Notes: a model not told the origin generated them from the letters alone. A stretch of DNA of 64,000 nt from an uncultured Chloroflexia bacterium (GCA_963828165.1 CAWHDR010000001.1:576001-640000), one strand, 5' to 3'; positions 50,001-63,268 are shown, numbered from the stretch's first letter. Translations and numbers: made by a program.

Positions 50001-50327
50001 TCAGCGATGGTATTCGAGGTCGGGCCCCATCCGCTCGCGAAGGAACATCGAATGGTGCCGTTCGAAGATCCACTCGCCGGCTCGATGGCCGAGCGCGCGA
50101 GTGCCTTCGTCGGCTTCGAGCTTGTCGAGCGTGGCGTAGTCGGGGAGGTCGAGGAGGATGACGTTGTCGAAGTCCCAGCCGTGGGCGACGTTGTACCAGC
50201 CGATGAATCGGATCCCGAACTGCAGCTCGTACTCCTTCACCGTGCGCGGAAAGATCGTCCTCATGAAGAACTTGAAGAAGGGGTCGCGGCCGCGGCGAAC
50301 GGAGAAGTAAGTCGCGAGCACAGGCAC
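50001..50327 (-). CDS. Small hypothetical protein (possible dimeric alpha/beta barrel)
   Basis: FIGWYNVAHGWDFDNVILLDLPDYATLDKL; AGGAGG SD. Confidence 0.7.
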   Translation of the reverse strand: MPVLATYFSVRRGRDPFFKFFMRTIFPRTVKEYELQFGIRFIGWYNVAHGWDFDNVILLDLPDYATLDKLEADEGTRALGHRAGEWIFERHHSMFLRERMGPDLEYHR

Positions 50328-50429
50328 GGGCGCTGCGGTCCTCCTGGTGATGCTGGGACGGTCGCCATTGTCGCACGGGGCTCGGCCGCGACGTTCCGTG
50401 GCAGGCGCACGTCACGAGGCGGCTGCCGC

Positions 50430-50832
50430 TCAGGCTGGGCCGTCCCTCTTGTCGGTTCTTGTCGGGCTCCGCGGCCGCCGCGCTCTCGTCTTCCAGCTCC
50501 CCGACCGTCTTCGTGGCACTTCCCATGGGCCGTCGCCGGCCGCGACGGTCGGCTGCCACGAGCCGGAGCAGGAAGATGATCGTCTGGCCCGTGATCAGCA
50601 GCAGCACGATCACGATGATCAGCAGGGCGCCGCTGACGACATCGGGCCACTTCCAGACCACGGTGAGCGGGGTCAGGACGAGCAGCACGCCCAGCACGAT
50701 CAGCTGGAAGCGGAAACACCCGAGGCCCGGGCCGCGCTCCGGGTCGAGCTCCTCGCCCTTGTACTTGACCGGCCCCGGCGCACGGGGCGGCCGGGGCGGT
50801 GTCGGGTCGGCGGCGGGGTCGGCGTCGGTCAC
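50430..50832 (-). CDS. Small 2-TM membrane protein (end inferred by frameshift correction)
   Basis: YKGEELDPERGPGLGCFRFQ + two TM; the computed ORF overruns the downstream gene. Confidence 0.55.
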
Positions 50833-50890
50833 GAGCCGGAACGATACGGGAGGCGGCCCGTCCGCGCCGAGCGGGCCGAACTCGACCGCC

Positions 50891-51415
50891 TCAGGCCGTC
50901 GTCGGCGCCGTCGCCAGTCCCTCGACGACCTCTACTTCCGGTAGCGCGAGCAGGATCGACGGCGAAGCGATGACCTTCCAGGACCGCGAGCCGCCGCCGA
51001 GCACCACGCGCTCCCGCTGCATCACGCGCGCATCGACCCAGACTGGCAGCTCGGGCGGCAGCCCGAACACCGTCACGCCCCCGATCTCCATGCCCGTGAT
51101 CTCGCGCGTGGACTCGGACGGCGCAAACGACGCCTTGCGAGTCCCGAGTCGGTCGCGCACCGTACGGTTGACGTCCAGGCGGTTCGGGGCAAGCACGACG
51201 CACGCCGCGTAGCGCGGCGGATCGCTCTTTCCGATGACGAGGATCGTGTTGGCGGAGTCCTCCGGCGCGAACCCGTAAGCCTCGCAGAAGGCGGCCGTGT
51301 CGGCCAAGGCTGGATCGCATGCGAACAACTCGTACTCGACCCCGAGGGGCTCGAGGGCGGCGACCAAGCGCTCGCGCCCGGCCGGATCGTGGTCGGGGTC
51401 GTGGTCGGGCGTCAT
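50891..51415 (-). CDS. YbaK/EbsC family aminoacyl-tRNA editing protein
   Basis: SANTILV, ASFA...TGMEIGGVTVFGL, GGGSRSWK. Confidence 0.85.
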   Translation of the reverse strand: MTPDHDPDHDPAGRERLVAALEPLGVEYELFACDPALADTAAFCEAYGFAPEDSANTILVIGKSDPPRYAACVVLAPNRLDVNRTVRDRLGTRKASFAPSESTREITGMEIGGVTVFGLPPELPVWVDARVMQRERVVLGGGSRSWKVIASPSILLALPEVEVVEGLATAPTTA

Positions 51416-51473
51416 GGGCCGAAGGGTACGACGCGGGGCAGCGGACCAACCGCTGCCGCTACCATCGAGCGCG

Positions 51474-53085
51474 ATGACCGGCCGACCGACGATCCAGCAT
51501 CCGACCGCGCCGCCCGACATCGATGCGTACCTCGCGCGATTCGACTGGCACCCGGAACCAGAGCTGATCGGCTACCGCGACGAGGTTGCCTCCAGGGCCG
51601 CATTGACCGCGCTCGGCGAGCAGACCTGGGCTGCCGCGCTCGAATTCCTGTACGGCACCGCGATGGTCCGCGCCATGGGTGACCCCTCGCCGTACGACGG
51701 TGCGCGCCGCCGCTACTACGGCCCGGATGCCTCCGGCCCGGGTCCCGCACCACTCGCGCCGGCCCCGGCGGCCGACGTGATCGCGGAATTCTCCGATCGA
51801 CTGGCGGGCGGACTCATGAACGCACAGCACCCGCGCCAGTTCGGCTACTTCACCCCGCCGCCGCTGCCGATGTCGATCATGGGTGAGCTCCTCGCGCAGG
51901 TCGCCAACCAGGGCGTCGACGTGTGGCACGCCGGCCCATTCGCGGCCTTCGTCGAGGAGGAGGTCGTGCGCTGGCTGTGCGACCTCGTCGGCTACGGCGG
52001 GGATTCGTTCGGCCTGCTCACGAGCGGCGGGGTCATGGCGAATTTCATGGGCATGACCCTGGCCCGTGACCTGCAGCTTCGTCGAGTGCGCGGCCTGGAC
52101 GGGCCGCCGCGTGGGGCGGCCCTCGACGACGCGCGGGTCTACACCAGCGACCAGACCCACTTCTCGATCGCTCGAGCGCTCGATGAGCTCGGGTTCCCGC
52201 CCGGGACCCTGGTCGTCCTGCCCGCCGACGACGACTTCCACCTGCGTGGGGCGCCCGTCGCGGAAGCGGTCCGGCGGGATCGTGCCGCCGGCCTGTTCCC
52301 GTTCGCGGTCGCAGCCGTCGCCGGTTCCACGAACACGGGATCCGTCGACGCCATCGGCGAGCTGGCCGACGTGGCCGCGGCGGAGGACCTGTGGCTCCAC
52401 GTCGACGCGGCCTATGGCGGTGGCGCCCGGTTGTCGGAGCGGGACCGCGACCGCGTCCGGGACCTCGACCGGGCCGATTCGGTCACGGTCGACCCGCACA
52501 AGTGGTTCTTCCAGGCCTACGACATCGGCGGGCTTGCTGGTCCGCGATGGCCGGGCGCTCGGCGCGGTCTTCGGCGGTCGATCGCCCGAGTACTACCGTG
52601 GGGGCGAAACGCCGGCGGCAGGCCACGGACCCGACCGGCATGACCGCGATGACCACGACGACCAGCTCAACTTCTACAAGCTCAGCTTCGAGGGCACCCG
52701 CCGCTGGCGCGCGCTCAAGCTGTGGATGACCTGGAAGCATCTCGGAACGAACGGGTTCGGCCGCCTGATCGAGGCCAACGACGACCTCGCCGCCCACCTT
52801 GCCGCCAGATGCGCTGCATCCGACGACTTCGACGCCCTGCCTGGTGTCCCGGAGCTGTCCGTTGTCTGCTTCCGCCATCAACCCCCGGGCATGGCCGATC
52901 CGGACCTCGATGCCCACCAGGACCGGCTCCAGGCGGCGCTCGAAGCGTCGGGCGACGGCTGGCTGACGACGACTCGACTTCGTGGCTCGACGTGGTTGAG
53001 AGCCGGCATCGTCAACTACCTCGCGACCGAAGACGACATCGACCACCTGCTCGATACACTGCGTCGCCTCGCGGATCCGGCGTGA
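51474..53085 (+). CDS. Group II PLP-dependent amino-acid decarboxylase (frameshift ~52530)
   Basis: HPRQFGYF, TSGG..AN, HVDAAYGG, DPHKW, RALKLW. Confidence 0.9.
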
Positions 53086-53525
53086 GACGACGGGTGCTGA
53101 GCGCGATCGTCGGGCTGGCGATGATCTTGCTCGCGGGCTGCGACTCCATCACGTTGCCGCTGCCGTGCGACCTGATGATCGTGGCTCTGCCGGCCGACTC
53201 GGCGCTGCAGCCGGGCGACCCGTTGCCCGCAGATCCCCAGGTGATCGCCGGTCCGAGTGATTTCGACGCGCTGGGCAGCTCGATCAAGCAGACCCTGCCC
53301 GGTGGCGAGGTGTCGCTCGACCTGCAGCTGCGCGGCGCGGCGATCGAACGGGTCGCGCGCCACACCGAGGATCACCTGGGCGAGCCGATGGCACTCATCA
53401 TCAACGGCGAGATCGTCTCCGTCCCGATCATCCAGTCGCCGATCCCTGACGGCGCACTTTCCGTGTCCCCGGCCACGGACGACGCTCAGGCCTTCACCGA
53501 ACAATTCGCCGGCTGCGTCCGCTAG
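53082..53525 (+). CDS. Lipoprotein with SecDF P1-head-like domain
   Basis: LAGC lipobox; LGEPMALIINGEIVSVPIIQSPIPDG. Confidence 0.65.
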   Translation: MRRRVLSAIVGLAMILLAGCDSITLPLPCDLMIVALPADSALQPGDPLPADPQVIAGPSDFDALGSSIKQTLPGGEVSLDLQLRGAAIERVARHTEDHLGEPMALIINGEIVSVPIIQSPIPDGALSVSPATDDAQAFTEQFAGCVR

Positions 53526-53547
53526 CGCCGCGCGATCTGCGCCCAGC

Positions 53548-53952
53548 TCAGCTCTGGGCGTGCAGCATCCCGCCGACGTGCTCCAGCAGCTTCCAGGCGA
53601 CCTCGGCATCGCCCTTCACGAACGCGCGGAAGTCCCACAGCGTCATGACGTAGCAGCGCAGGTCGGTCGTGGCGGTCACGGTGGCGGTCCGGACCCGGTC
53701 GCTGATGAGCGCCACCTCGCCGAAATAGCTCCCCGGGCCGACCTTCCCGACCTCCTTGCCGTCTCTGGTCACCACGCCTTCGCCCTCGGCCACGACGAAG
53801 AAGCCGATCCCCCGCTCATCGCCCTGGCGAACGACCATGGAACCCGCAGGAAATGTCCGCTCCGAGAAATCGCGAGCCAGGCTTTCCAGGTGCTTCCGGT
53901 CCAGGCCCGACAGCAGCGGGACTCCCGCCAACAGGTCCGCGGTGTCGCTCAT
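53548..53952 (-). CDS. Cyclic-nucleotide-binding domain protein
   Basis: GSYFGEVALI...RTATVTA. Confidence 0.9.
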   Translation of the reverse strand: MSDTADLLAGVPLLSGLDRKHLESLARDFSERTFPAGSMVVRQGDERGIGFFVVAEGEGVVTRDGKEVGKVGPGSYFGEVALISDRVRTATVTATTDLRCYVMTLWDFRAFVKGDAEVAWKLLEHVGGMLHAQS

Positions 53953-53992
53953 GGCGACTCTCCTCTGATGCGAAGGTGCGCTCCATCTCCAA

Positions 53993-55312
53993 CTATGCCT
54001 TGGGACGCGTCCGCGCCGCCAGCCGGTCCTGCAGCCTGAACCACTCCCCGGCGAACGGCAGGAACCACGGTCGGCCTTCGTACGGGGCCGGCACCAGTGG
54101 GAACTTCAGACGCGTGAGGGCCGGCGCCTCCCCACCCGCAAGCCATTGCCCGACCCGCGTCCCGAGGTACGTCATCAACGCCACGCCGGTCCCGCAACAG
54201 CCCATCGCGTACGCGACGCCGTCCTTCGTGCGGCCCACGTGCGGCATCCGGTCGAACGTGAACCCGACGTTCCCACCCCAGGCGTACTCGATGCGATAGT
54301 CGGCCAGCTGCGGGTGGACCTCCAGGAGGCCGCGATGGAGGATCTGCGCGGTCTTCTCGATCGAGGTCGGCAGGAACGACGCGCGCCCGCCGAAGATCAT
54401 CCGGCGGTCGGCCGACACGTGCCAGTAGTACAGGAAGTTCTTCGTATCGAAGAACGCGCGGCCCTTGGGCGAGAGCTCATGCGCGAGCTCGTCGGGCAGC
54501 ACCTCCGACGCGATGATGAACGAGCCGATCGGGATGATCCGGCGTCGAAGCGACGGCACGACACCGTCCGTATAGCCGTTCGTGGCGACGAACACATCCC
54601 TCGCCAGGATCGCGCCGCGTGACGTCTCGACGACGAACCGGCCGTCGGCCTGTCGCCGGATCTTCTCGGCCCGAACGCCCTCGTGCAGGTCCGCCCCGGC
54701 CCGCGCCGCAGCCGCCGCCAGACCCGCGAAGTACCGGCCCGGATGGAGCAACCCGCTGCCCTCGACCGCGAGTGCCCCGAAATAGGCGTCGCTGCCGATC
54801 TCCTCGTGGATGCGATCGCGCGGCACGACCGCGGACGTCACCCCGACGGCGGCCAGGCTCGCCCTTGCATGCTCGAGCTCCGGCACGTGCGACGGCGCGT
54901 ACGCGAGCTCGAGGTGGCCGCCCTCCCGGAAGTCGCAATCGATCGCCTCTTCGGCGATGAGCCGCTTCACCAGGTCGTAGGAATCGAGGGTCTCGCGGTA
55001 GAGGGCCTTGCCGGTCTCCTCGCCGTGGCGCTTGATGAGCTCCCTGGCGCTCCACTTGTAGCCGGCATGGACGATGCCGCCATTGCGGGTCGAGGCGCCC
55101 CAGCCCAGCGTGTGCGCCTCGAGCAGGGTCACGGCGACGCCCCGACGGGCCAGTTCGCGCGCCGCGTTGATCCCGGCGTATCCCCCACCGACCACGACGA
55201 CGTCCGCCGAGTCCGGGAGCTCGCGCCCCGATCGGTCCGGCTGCGGCGTCATCGAGGCGTGCCAGAAGGGCCGGCGCTCGTAGTCGGTGTTGAGGGACGG
55301 TTCTGCAGCCAT
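53993..55312 (-). CDS. FAD-dependent oxidoreductase (PuuB/DAO family)
   Basis: VVGGGYAG, GASTRNGG, ATNGY, YAWGG. Confidence 0.88.
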   Translation of the reverse strand: MAAEPSLNTDYERRPFWHASMTPQPDRSGRELPDSADVVVVGGGYAGINAARELARRGVAVTLLEAHTLGWGASTRNGGIVHAGYKWSARELIKRHGEETGKALYRETLDSYDLVKRLIAEEAIDCDFREGGHLELAYAPSHVPELEHARASLAAVGVTSAVVPRDRIHEEIGSDAYFGALAVEGSGLLHPGRYFAGLAAAAARAGADLHEGVRAEKIRRQADGRFVVETSRGAILARDVFVATNGYTDGVVPSLRRRIIPIGSFIIASEVLPDELAHELSPKGRAFFDTKNFLYYWHVSADRRMIFGGRASFLPTSIEKTAQILHRGLLEVHPQLADYRIEYAWGGNVGFTFDRMPHVGRTKDGVAYAMGCCGTGVALMTYLGTRVGQWLAGGEAPALTRLKFPLVPAPYEGRPWFLPFAGEWFRLQDRLAARTRPKA

Positions 55313-55497
55313 CGAGGCGGAGCGTACCGGAGGACCGACGCCTGCGACCCCGTGTTCCGACGCCGAGTCCGATCGGACCGGCGGTCCGATGCTGTGATAA
55401 CTCCCCGCATCGAACGTTCGTCAGGTACGATCGGCGCAGGAGGGGCCGTGGATGGGCGGCTCTGCCCAGACCGACGGCCCGGTCGCTTGGGGGACGC

Positions 55498-56301
55498 GTG
55501 CGCACGATCGCCGTCATCAATCGCAAGGGAGGCAGTGGCAAGACGACGACGGCCGTCAACACGGCCGCGGCGTTGGCCGGCCTCGGCCATCCCGCCCTGC
55601 TGATCGATGTCGATCCCCAGGGCAGCGCCTCGGACTGGCTCGACCGCGAGGGGAACGATCGGGGCCTGCGCGAAGCGTTCACGGTGACCGGGGACCTGGC
55701 GCGCCTGGCCGTCCCGACCGACACGGCAGGGCTCGACATCGTGCCTTCGACGCAATGGCTCGTCACCGCCGAGAAGAACATGCTCGGGGACCTCAGCGTC
55801 GGCATCTCGCGGGCGCTCCAGCGCATCCCAACGCGTTGGGACTTCGTGATCGTCGACTGTCCGCCCTCGCTGTCGTACCTCGCGATCGGGGTGATGATGG
55901 GCGTTCGCGAGCTCGTCATCCCGGTCGAGGCCCACTCGATGGCATTCACGGGCGCGGTCGAGGTGATGGATGAGTTGCCGGCTGTCCGGAAGTTGAACCC
56001 GAATCTGTCGTCGATCCTCCTCCTGCCCTGTCGAGTGACCCGCACTCGCCACGCGCGGGGGGTCGTCGAGGCGCTGGAGACCGACTTTCCGGCAGAAGTC
56101 ACGACGGCGAGGATCCGCGAGAGCATCACCCTCGCGGAGGCTGCCGACGAGCGGCAACCGATCACGGCCTACGCGCCCGGTGGCATCGGCGCCACGGACT
56201 ACCGGGAATTCGCGCGGGAGTTGCTGAACCGTGCCCCGCCCCCGGTCCAGGCCAAGAGTTCATGGTGGCAGTCCCCGGTGTCGTCCCTGTCCAGTCGATG
56301 A
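55498..56301 (+). CDS. ParA/Soj family ATPase (orphan)
   Basis: KGGSGKTTT, DVDPQG, DCPPSL. Confidence 0.9.
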   Translation: MRTIAVINRKGGSGKTTTAVNTAAALAGLGHPALLIDVDPQGSASDWLDREGNDRGLREAFTVTGDLARLAVPTDTAGLDIVPSTQWLVTAEKNMLGDLSVGISRALQRIPTRWDFVIVDCPPSLSYLAIGVMMGVRELVIPVEAHSMAFTGAVEVMDELPAVRKLNPNLSSILLLPCRVTRTRHARGVVEALETDFPAEVTTARIRESITLAEAADERQPITAYAPGGIGATDYREFARELLNRAPPPVQAKSSWWQSPVSSLSSR

Positions 56302-57017
56302 CCGAGCCGGCGCCAGACTCTCCCTTGACAGCGGCTGCGGTCGAGGCGCTCGTTCGATCGATCGAGGCGAAGGAGGCTCAGGCCCCTCGACTCGATGCGC
56401 CGGCAGGCCCGGCCACGCCCCCGGATGACGTTCCGGAGACCTCAGCGTCGGCTGTCGTTGCCGATCCGGCGCCAGATCCGCAGGAACCGGTCCTTACCGC
56501 CGAGCCGGCGCCGGCCTCGAACGGTCTCCGCCCCGCGCCGACCGGCTGGGCCTGGTCCCCCACGAGCCGCGGGCCCTTGCCCGGCCTGGTCGACCGCCAA
56601 CTGTGGGAGGCGCTCGTCTTGGAAGAGGCCGAGCGTCAACACCGGTACGGGCGCCCGACCGCCATCGTCCTGGCCGAGCTCGTCGGGCTCGATGAGCTGG
56701 TCGCGCGAATGGGGCCGGCGGCCATGAACCGGTTCGTTCCGCCGTGCGCTGACATGCTCGTGTCGCTGGCACGAGCGTCGGACCGCATCACGCGGTTGAC
56801 CAACTCGCAATTCGGCCTGCTCCTCCTCGAGACGGACGTCGCTGGGGCCGCCAGACTCGCGGCGAGGATCACCGTGGCCGCCGAGCTTCGGCTGGCCGGG
56901 AGCACGTGGCCCGTGCGGATGGTCGTCGGCTGGGCGGGTGCCGCGACTGGAGACGCGCTACGCGAGGCGGTTCGGGCCGCCGAACAGCACCTCAGCGTGC
57001 GGCGCGGCGGAACCTAG
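56298..57017 (+). CDS. Degenerate GGDEF-domain protein
   Basis: EAERQHRYGRP...RASD...RLTNSQFGLLLLETD in place of RxGGDEF. Confidence 0.7.
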   Translation: MTEPAPDSPLTAAAVEALVRSIEAKEAQAPRLDAPAGPATPPDDVPETSASAVVADPAPDPQEPVLTAEPAPASNGLRPAPTGWAWSPTSRGPLPGLVDRQLWEALVLEEAERQHRYGRPTAIVLAELVGLDELVARMGPAAMNRFVPPCADMLVSLARASDRITRLTNSQFGLLLLETDVAGAARLAARITVAAELRLAGSTWPVRMVVGWAGAATGDALREAVRAAEQHLSVRRGGT

Positions 57018-57470
57018 GCCGCTACGGCCGCGTGACGTCAGCGTCGGAGGACGCCGGGATGGACCAGTCCGCCTCCGCCGGGATGACCCGATCGGCCGTC
57101 TCGCCGCTGACGACCGCGAGATGACTGAAGAATCGGGCGCGTCGGTGCGAGACGATCCGAGCGTCCTGGCAGGGACAGCCGGGCGCCAGGCAGCCCGATG
57201 ATCGTGATGCTCCTGCTTCCGACCTGGGCCGCGTGTCGCTGACGTCCATGTCCTGTCTCCTGCGCCGAGTACTGGGCTCGACCACGGATGTTCCGGATGA
57301 AAATCTGAACTGGCCTGGATACGTTGAGTGACGCTGCGCGGACGCATTTCGTTGCATCCGCGAGCCAATGTGTCGGATCGCTGACGCTGAGTCGCCGCTC
57401 CGAGCGGCACCTTCGAGCGGGCGGGCAGACTGAACCTCGCGCCTCCGACCGGCATCAAGTGGTCGAACGC

Positions 57471-58040
57471 GTGCTCCCTGGAGGCAGCCCGATCCCACCC
57501 GCGACTGACCGGTCGCTCGTCGACCGGGCCCGCCACGGCGACCTCGACGCGTTCGAGGAGATCGTTCGCGCCCGCATGGATGCCGTGTACCGCCTCTCAT
57601 TCGCGATCCTGGCCGACGAGGCCGACGCCCGCGACGCCGCCCAGGACACGTTCGTGACCGCGTGGCGGCAGATCGGGAAGCTGCGCGACCCAGAGCACTT
57701 CGACGCGTGGCTCCAGCGCGTGGCCGTCAACGCCGCCCGGATGACCCATCGAGCACGCCGGCGCCGGGGCTTCCGCGAGATCCCGGCCAGCCGTGTCGGC
57801 GGAATGACGGACCTGCCGGCGACCGCGGCCGTCGAGGCTGACGCTCGGGCGCTCGAGGCGGCGCTTGGCCGCCTGTCGATCGATCAGCGCTCGATCCTGG
57901 CGCTGCACCACCTCGAAGGGCGTTCGCTGGCGGAGCTTGCGGAGATCCTCGACATCCCGTCCGGGACGGTGAAATCGCGGCTGCACACGGCCCGCCAGGC
58001 GCTGCATGCGGCCCTGCTGGCCGAGGCGACCGACCGATGA
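57471..58040 (+). CDS. ECF RNA polymerase sigma factor
   Basis: DAAQDTF..AW, F.AWL.RVAVN, GTVKSRLHTAR. Confidence 0.9.
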   Translation: MLPGGSPIPPATDRSLVDRARHGDLDAFEEIVRARMDAVYRLSFAILADEADARDAAQDTFVTAWRQIGKLRDPEHFDAWLQRVAVNAARMTHRARRRRGFREIPASRVGGMTDLPATAAVEADARALEAALGRLSIDQRSILALHHLEGRSLAELAEILDIPSGTVKSRLHTARQALHAALLAEATDR

Positions 58041-59539
58041 CGATAACGGATGACTGGGACGGCGCTCGGCTGTCGACCGCCTATGCGGCGATGACGGCGG
58101 CGCGGCCGACACCTGCAGGACTGGAGGCTCGCGCGCTCGCGGCCCTCCGAACCTCATCGATCCGTCCCCGTCCGGCATCTCCTTTGACAGGCCTGCACCC
58201 GGTCGTCTCGTCGTTCGGCGCCCTTGCGATCGCGCTCATCGTGGTCGTTGCGCTGGGCAGTCTGGCGCGCGACGGCGTCGCCGTGCCGGGTGGACCGCCA
58301 GGCGCATCCGGCGCGCCTTCGACGCCAGGCTCGACAGGAACCGCGCCTTCGGCCACTCCGAGCATCCTGGGCATACCGGTCATCTCGCTGTCTGAACTGA
58401 TCGCTCGGCGAACCAGAAGCGGAGCGCCGTCACCGGAAGAAGTCGCGGTCCGCGGCTGGATGGTGCGCTCGAATGTCGTGTACGACTGTGCCCTGGACCC
58501 CGATCCCCATGTGCTCGTCCCGCACTGCCTTAGCCCGGTATTCCTGATGGAGCGACCGGAACGATCGCCGGGGACCGCGACCGACGGACCATCCGTCGTT
58601 CCGGTGCTGGGCCTCGACAGCCACATCGAGATCGACATCCCGTGGCAGGAGCCCATCGAGGTAATCGCGTTCGGCCACCTGGGTGACCATCGATGGCCGA
58701 CGTGTCTCCTCGCCGAGCAGGACGCCTGCCGGCGGGTGTTCGTCGCGGACCGGATCGTTTCAGCCGAGTCCGTCGCGCGGCTGCCAGATCCCTGGCGGAT
58801 CCCCCCGTCATCTTCGATCGAGCCCAGCAGCGATGCGCTGGAGGCGATCTCGCGGCTCCGGGCGCAGCTCGGCGACATCACGGTGGTGTCGGTCGGGCAT
58901 GTCGGGGCGGGCCTGCTCTCGGAGATCGAGCCGGCCGTCAAGGACCGCGGCGACATCGATTCCGCGACCCAGCTGCACCCCGTCTGGGTCGTTCGCGCGC
59001 TTGTCGCGGCGGACCCCGAGCCCGGCGTGGTCAGGACGTTCATCATCGCGGATCGTCCGGTCGAGGGACCCGCGCTGCCGATCTGGGACGCCAGTGAGGA
59101 CGGCGTGGCACCGCTGCCCGAACGGGAGCAATCACTGCGGTGGCCACCCAGAGGCGCCGACATCGTCGAAATGCTGTTCGACGACAGACCCGGACGACCG
59201 CCGGTTCATGTCGCCGTCATCGACAAGACCGGGCACCTGGTCGAGGCACGCGCCGCCACATCGGCCGAGATCGCCATCCGAAAGTTAACGACAAGCACCG
59301 TCTCGATCGTCGACCTACCCGATGGCCGGGTGCTCGTTCACTGGGGCGGCTCCATGTGCGACGACCTCCTGACCCTGACGATCTCGGCTTCCGATATCGG
59401 GACCCCGGAAAGGGTGACCGTCGACGGCCGCCGCGGATCGCCATGTCGCATGGCTTTGGTCTACTACGCGGTCGTGCTGACCTTCGATCCCCCCGTTGCC
59501 GCTGCCGAGCTGGGTGGCCGCTACCTCATCGGGCCGTGA
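58037..59539 (+). CDS. Putative anti-sigma factor (single TM, large extracytoplasmic region)
   Basis: ATGA overlap with the ECF gene; short cytoplasmic N-terminus, TM, PST linker, Cys pairs. Confidence 0.6.
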   Translation: MTITDDWDGARLSTAYAAMTAARPTPAGLEARALAALRTSSIRPRPASPLTGLHPVVSSFGALAIALIVVVALGSLARDGVAVPGGPPGASGAPSTPGSTGTAPSATPSILGIPVISLSELIARRTRSGAPSPEEVAVRGWMVRSNVVYDCALDPDPHVLVPHCLSPVFLMERPERSPGTATDGPSVVPVLGLDSHIEIDIPWQEPIEVIAFGHLGDHRWPTCLLAEQDACRRVFVADRIVSAESVARLPDPWRIPPSSSIEPSSDALEAISRLRAQLGDITVVSVGHVGAGLLSEIEPAVKDRGDIDSATQLHPVWVVRALVAADPEPGVVRTFIIADRPVEGPALPIWDASEDGVAPLPEREQSLRWPPRGADIVEMLFDDRPGRPPVHVAVIDKTGHLVEARAATSAEIAIRKLTTSTVSIVDLPDGRVLVHWGGSMCDDLLTLTISASDIGTPERVTVDGRRGSPCRMALVYYAVVLTFDPPVAAAELGGRYLIGP

Positions 59540-60916
59540 TCAGGTCCGCCTCGTAGGCGACTTGCCCGCCGGCGATCGTCAGGAGCACGCGGCCCGGCAG
59601 GTCCATCCCGATCAACGGCGAATTCTTGCCCTTGGACGAGAGCGCATCCGCGCTCACCGGCCAGCGCTCCGATCGATCGAACACGACGAGGTCCGCCGGC
59701 GCCCCCTCGAGCAGCCCCACCGAGCCGTTCCGACGCGACCGACCGCCGAGGATGGCGGCCGGACCGACCGTCAGCGCCGCGATCGCCTGCGCCAGCGTCA
59801 TGTGGCCCGCGTCGACGGCCTCGAGGACCAACCCGAGCGCCGTCTCGATGCCGCTGATCCCGTTGGCAGCCTCCCCGAACTCGACCGCCTTGTCGACCTC
59901 GGTGTGGGGGGCGTGGTCGGTGGCGATCGCATCGGCCGTGCCGTCGGCCAGGGCGGCGAGGCAGGCCAGGGCATCCGCCGGTGTCCGGAGCGGCGGGTTG
60001 ACCCGCAGCGACGAAGCGTAGGGCGCGGCGACCATGGCTTCGTCCCTCCACGGGTCGCCATCGACACCGGCCTCCCAGGCGAAGCGACGAGCGCCCGCGA
60101 CCCACTCGTCGGTCAGCGCGAGATGGTGCGGCGTCACGTCGCAGGTGACGGGCAGGCCGGTCACCTTGGCCCGCCGAACGAGCTCCAGCGCGGCACCGGT
60201 CGAGACGTGCGTGAGATGCAATCGCGCGCCCGGGACGTCCCGGACGACGTCGGCGAGGATCGCCAAGTCACGGCCGACCGCCGCCTCCTCCGCCGCGGCC
60301 GGCCACCCGCGCAGACCCAGGACGGTCGCGATGAACCCGTCGTTCGCCTCCGCGCCATCAGTGAGGATCGCGTCCTCGGGGTGGTCCACGATCGGCAGGC
60401 CGAGCGCGCCCGCGTACGCGAGCGCGTTGCGCAGGATCGACGCCAAGCGTACGGGCGCACCGTCGTCGGAGAAGCCCACCACGCCGGCGTCGGCCAGCTC
60501 TCCGAGGGCCGCGAGCGTCTCGCCGCTCCGCCCGGTCGACACCGCGCCATGGGCGAGCAATTCCACCGGGGAGCCCGACGCCGCGGCGGCCGCCCGGATC
60601 CGGGATAGCACCCCGGGCTCATCCAGGCACGGAATCGTGTTCGGCATCGCGCACACCGTGGTGAACCCGCCGTGCGCGGCCGCCGCAAGCCCGGAGGCGA
60701 CCGTCTCGGCATCCTCGTTGCCGGGCTCGCGCAGGTGGACGTGGAGATCGATGAACCCGGGCGCCACGACGACACCACCGGCGTCGATGCCGTCGGCCTC
60801 CTCGCGTTCTAGCCAGGTCACGGCCTCGAGGATCCCGTCCCGCACGACGATCTCACCGGGGCCCTCGCGACCCGCGGCCGGATCGACCAGCCACGCGCGC
60901 CCGATATCGAGGTCGG

Positions 60917-60920
<4 letters not shown>
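59526..60920 (-). CDS. pyrC: Dihydroorotase
   Basis: DLHVHLREPG, MPNT, VTPHHL, VNPPLR, ATDHAPH. Confidence 0.95.

Positions 60921-63268
<2,348 letters not shown>

Noticed and set aside
55451-56301. Plasmid or chromosome partition locus
   Set aside because: No parB, parS-like palindrome or replication gene nearby.
57308-57396. ACGTTGAGTGACG and ACGCTGAGT partial matches to the site's right arm
   Set aside because: Isolated, no left arm at the right distance, no cassette context; chance cannot be excluded without PWM scoring.
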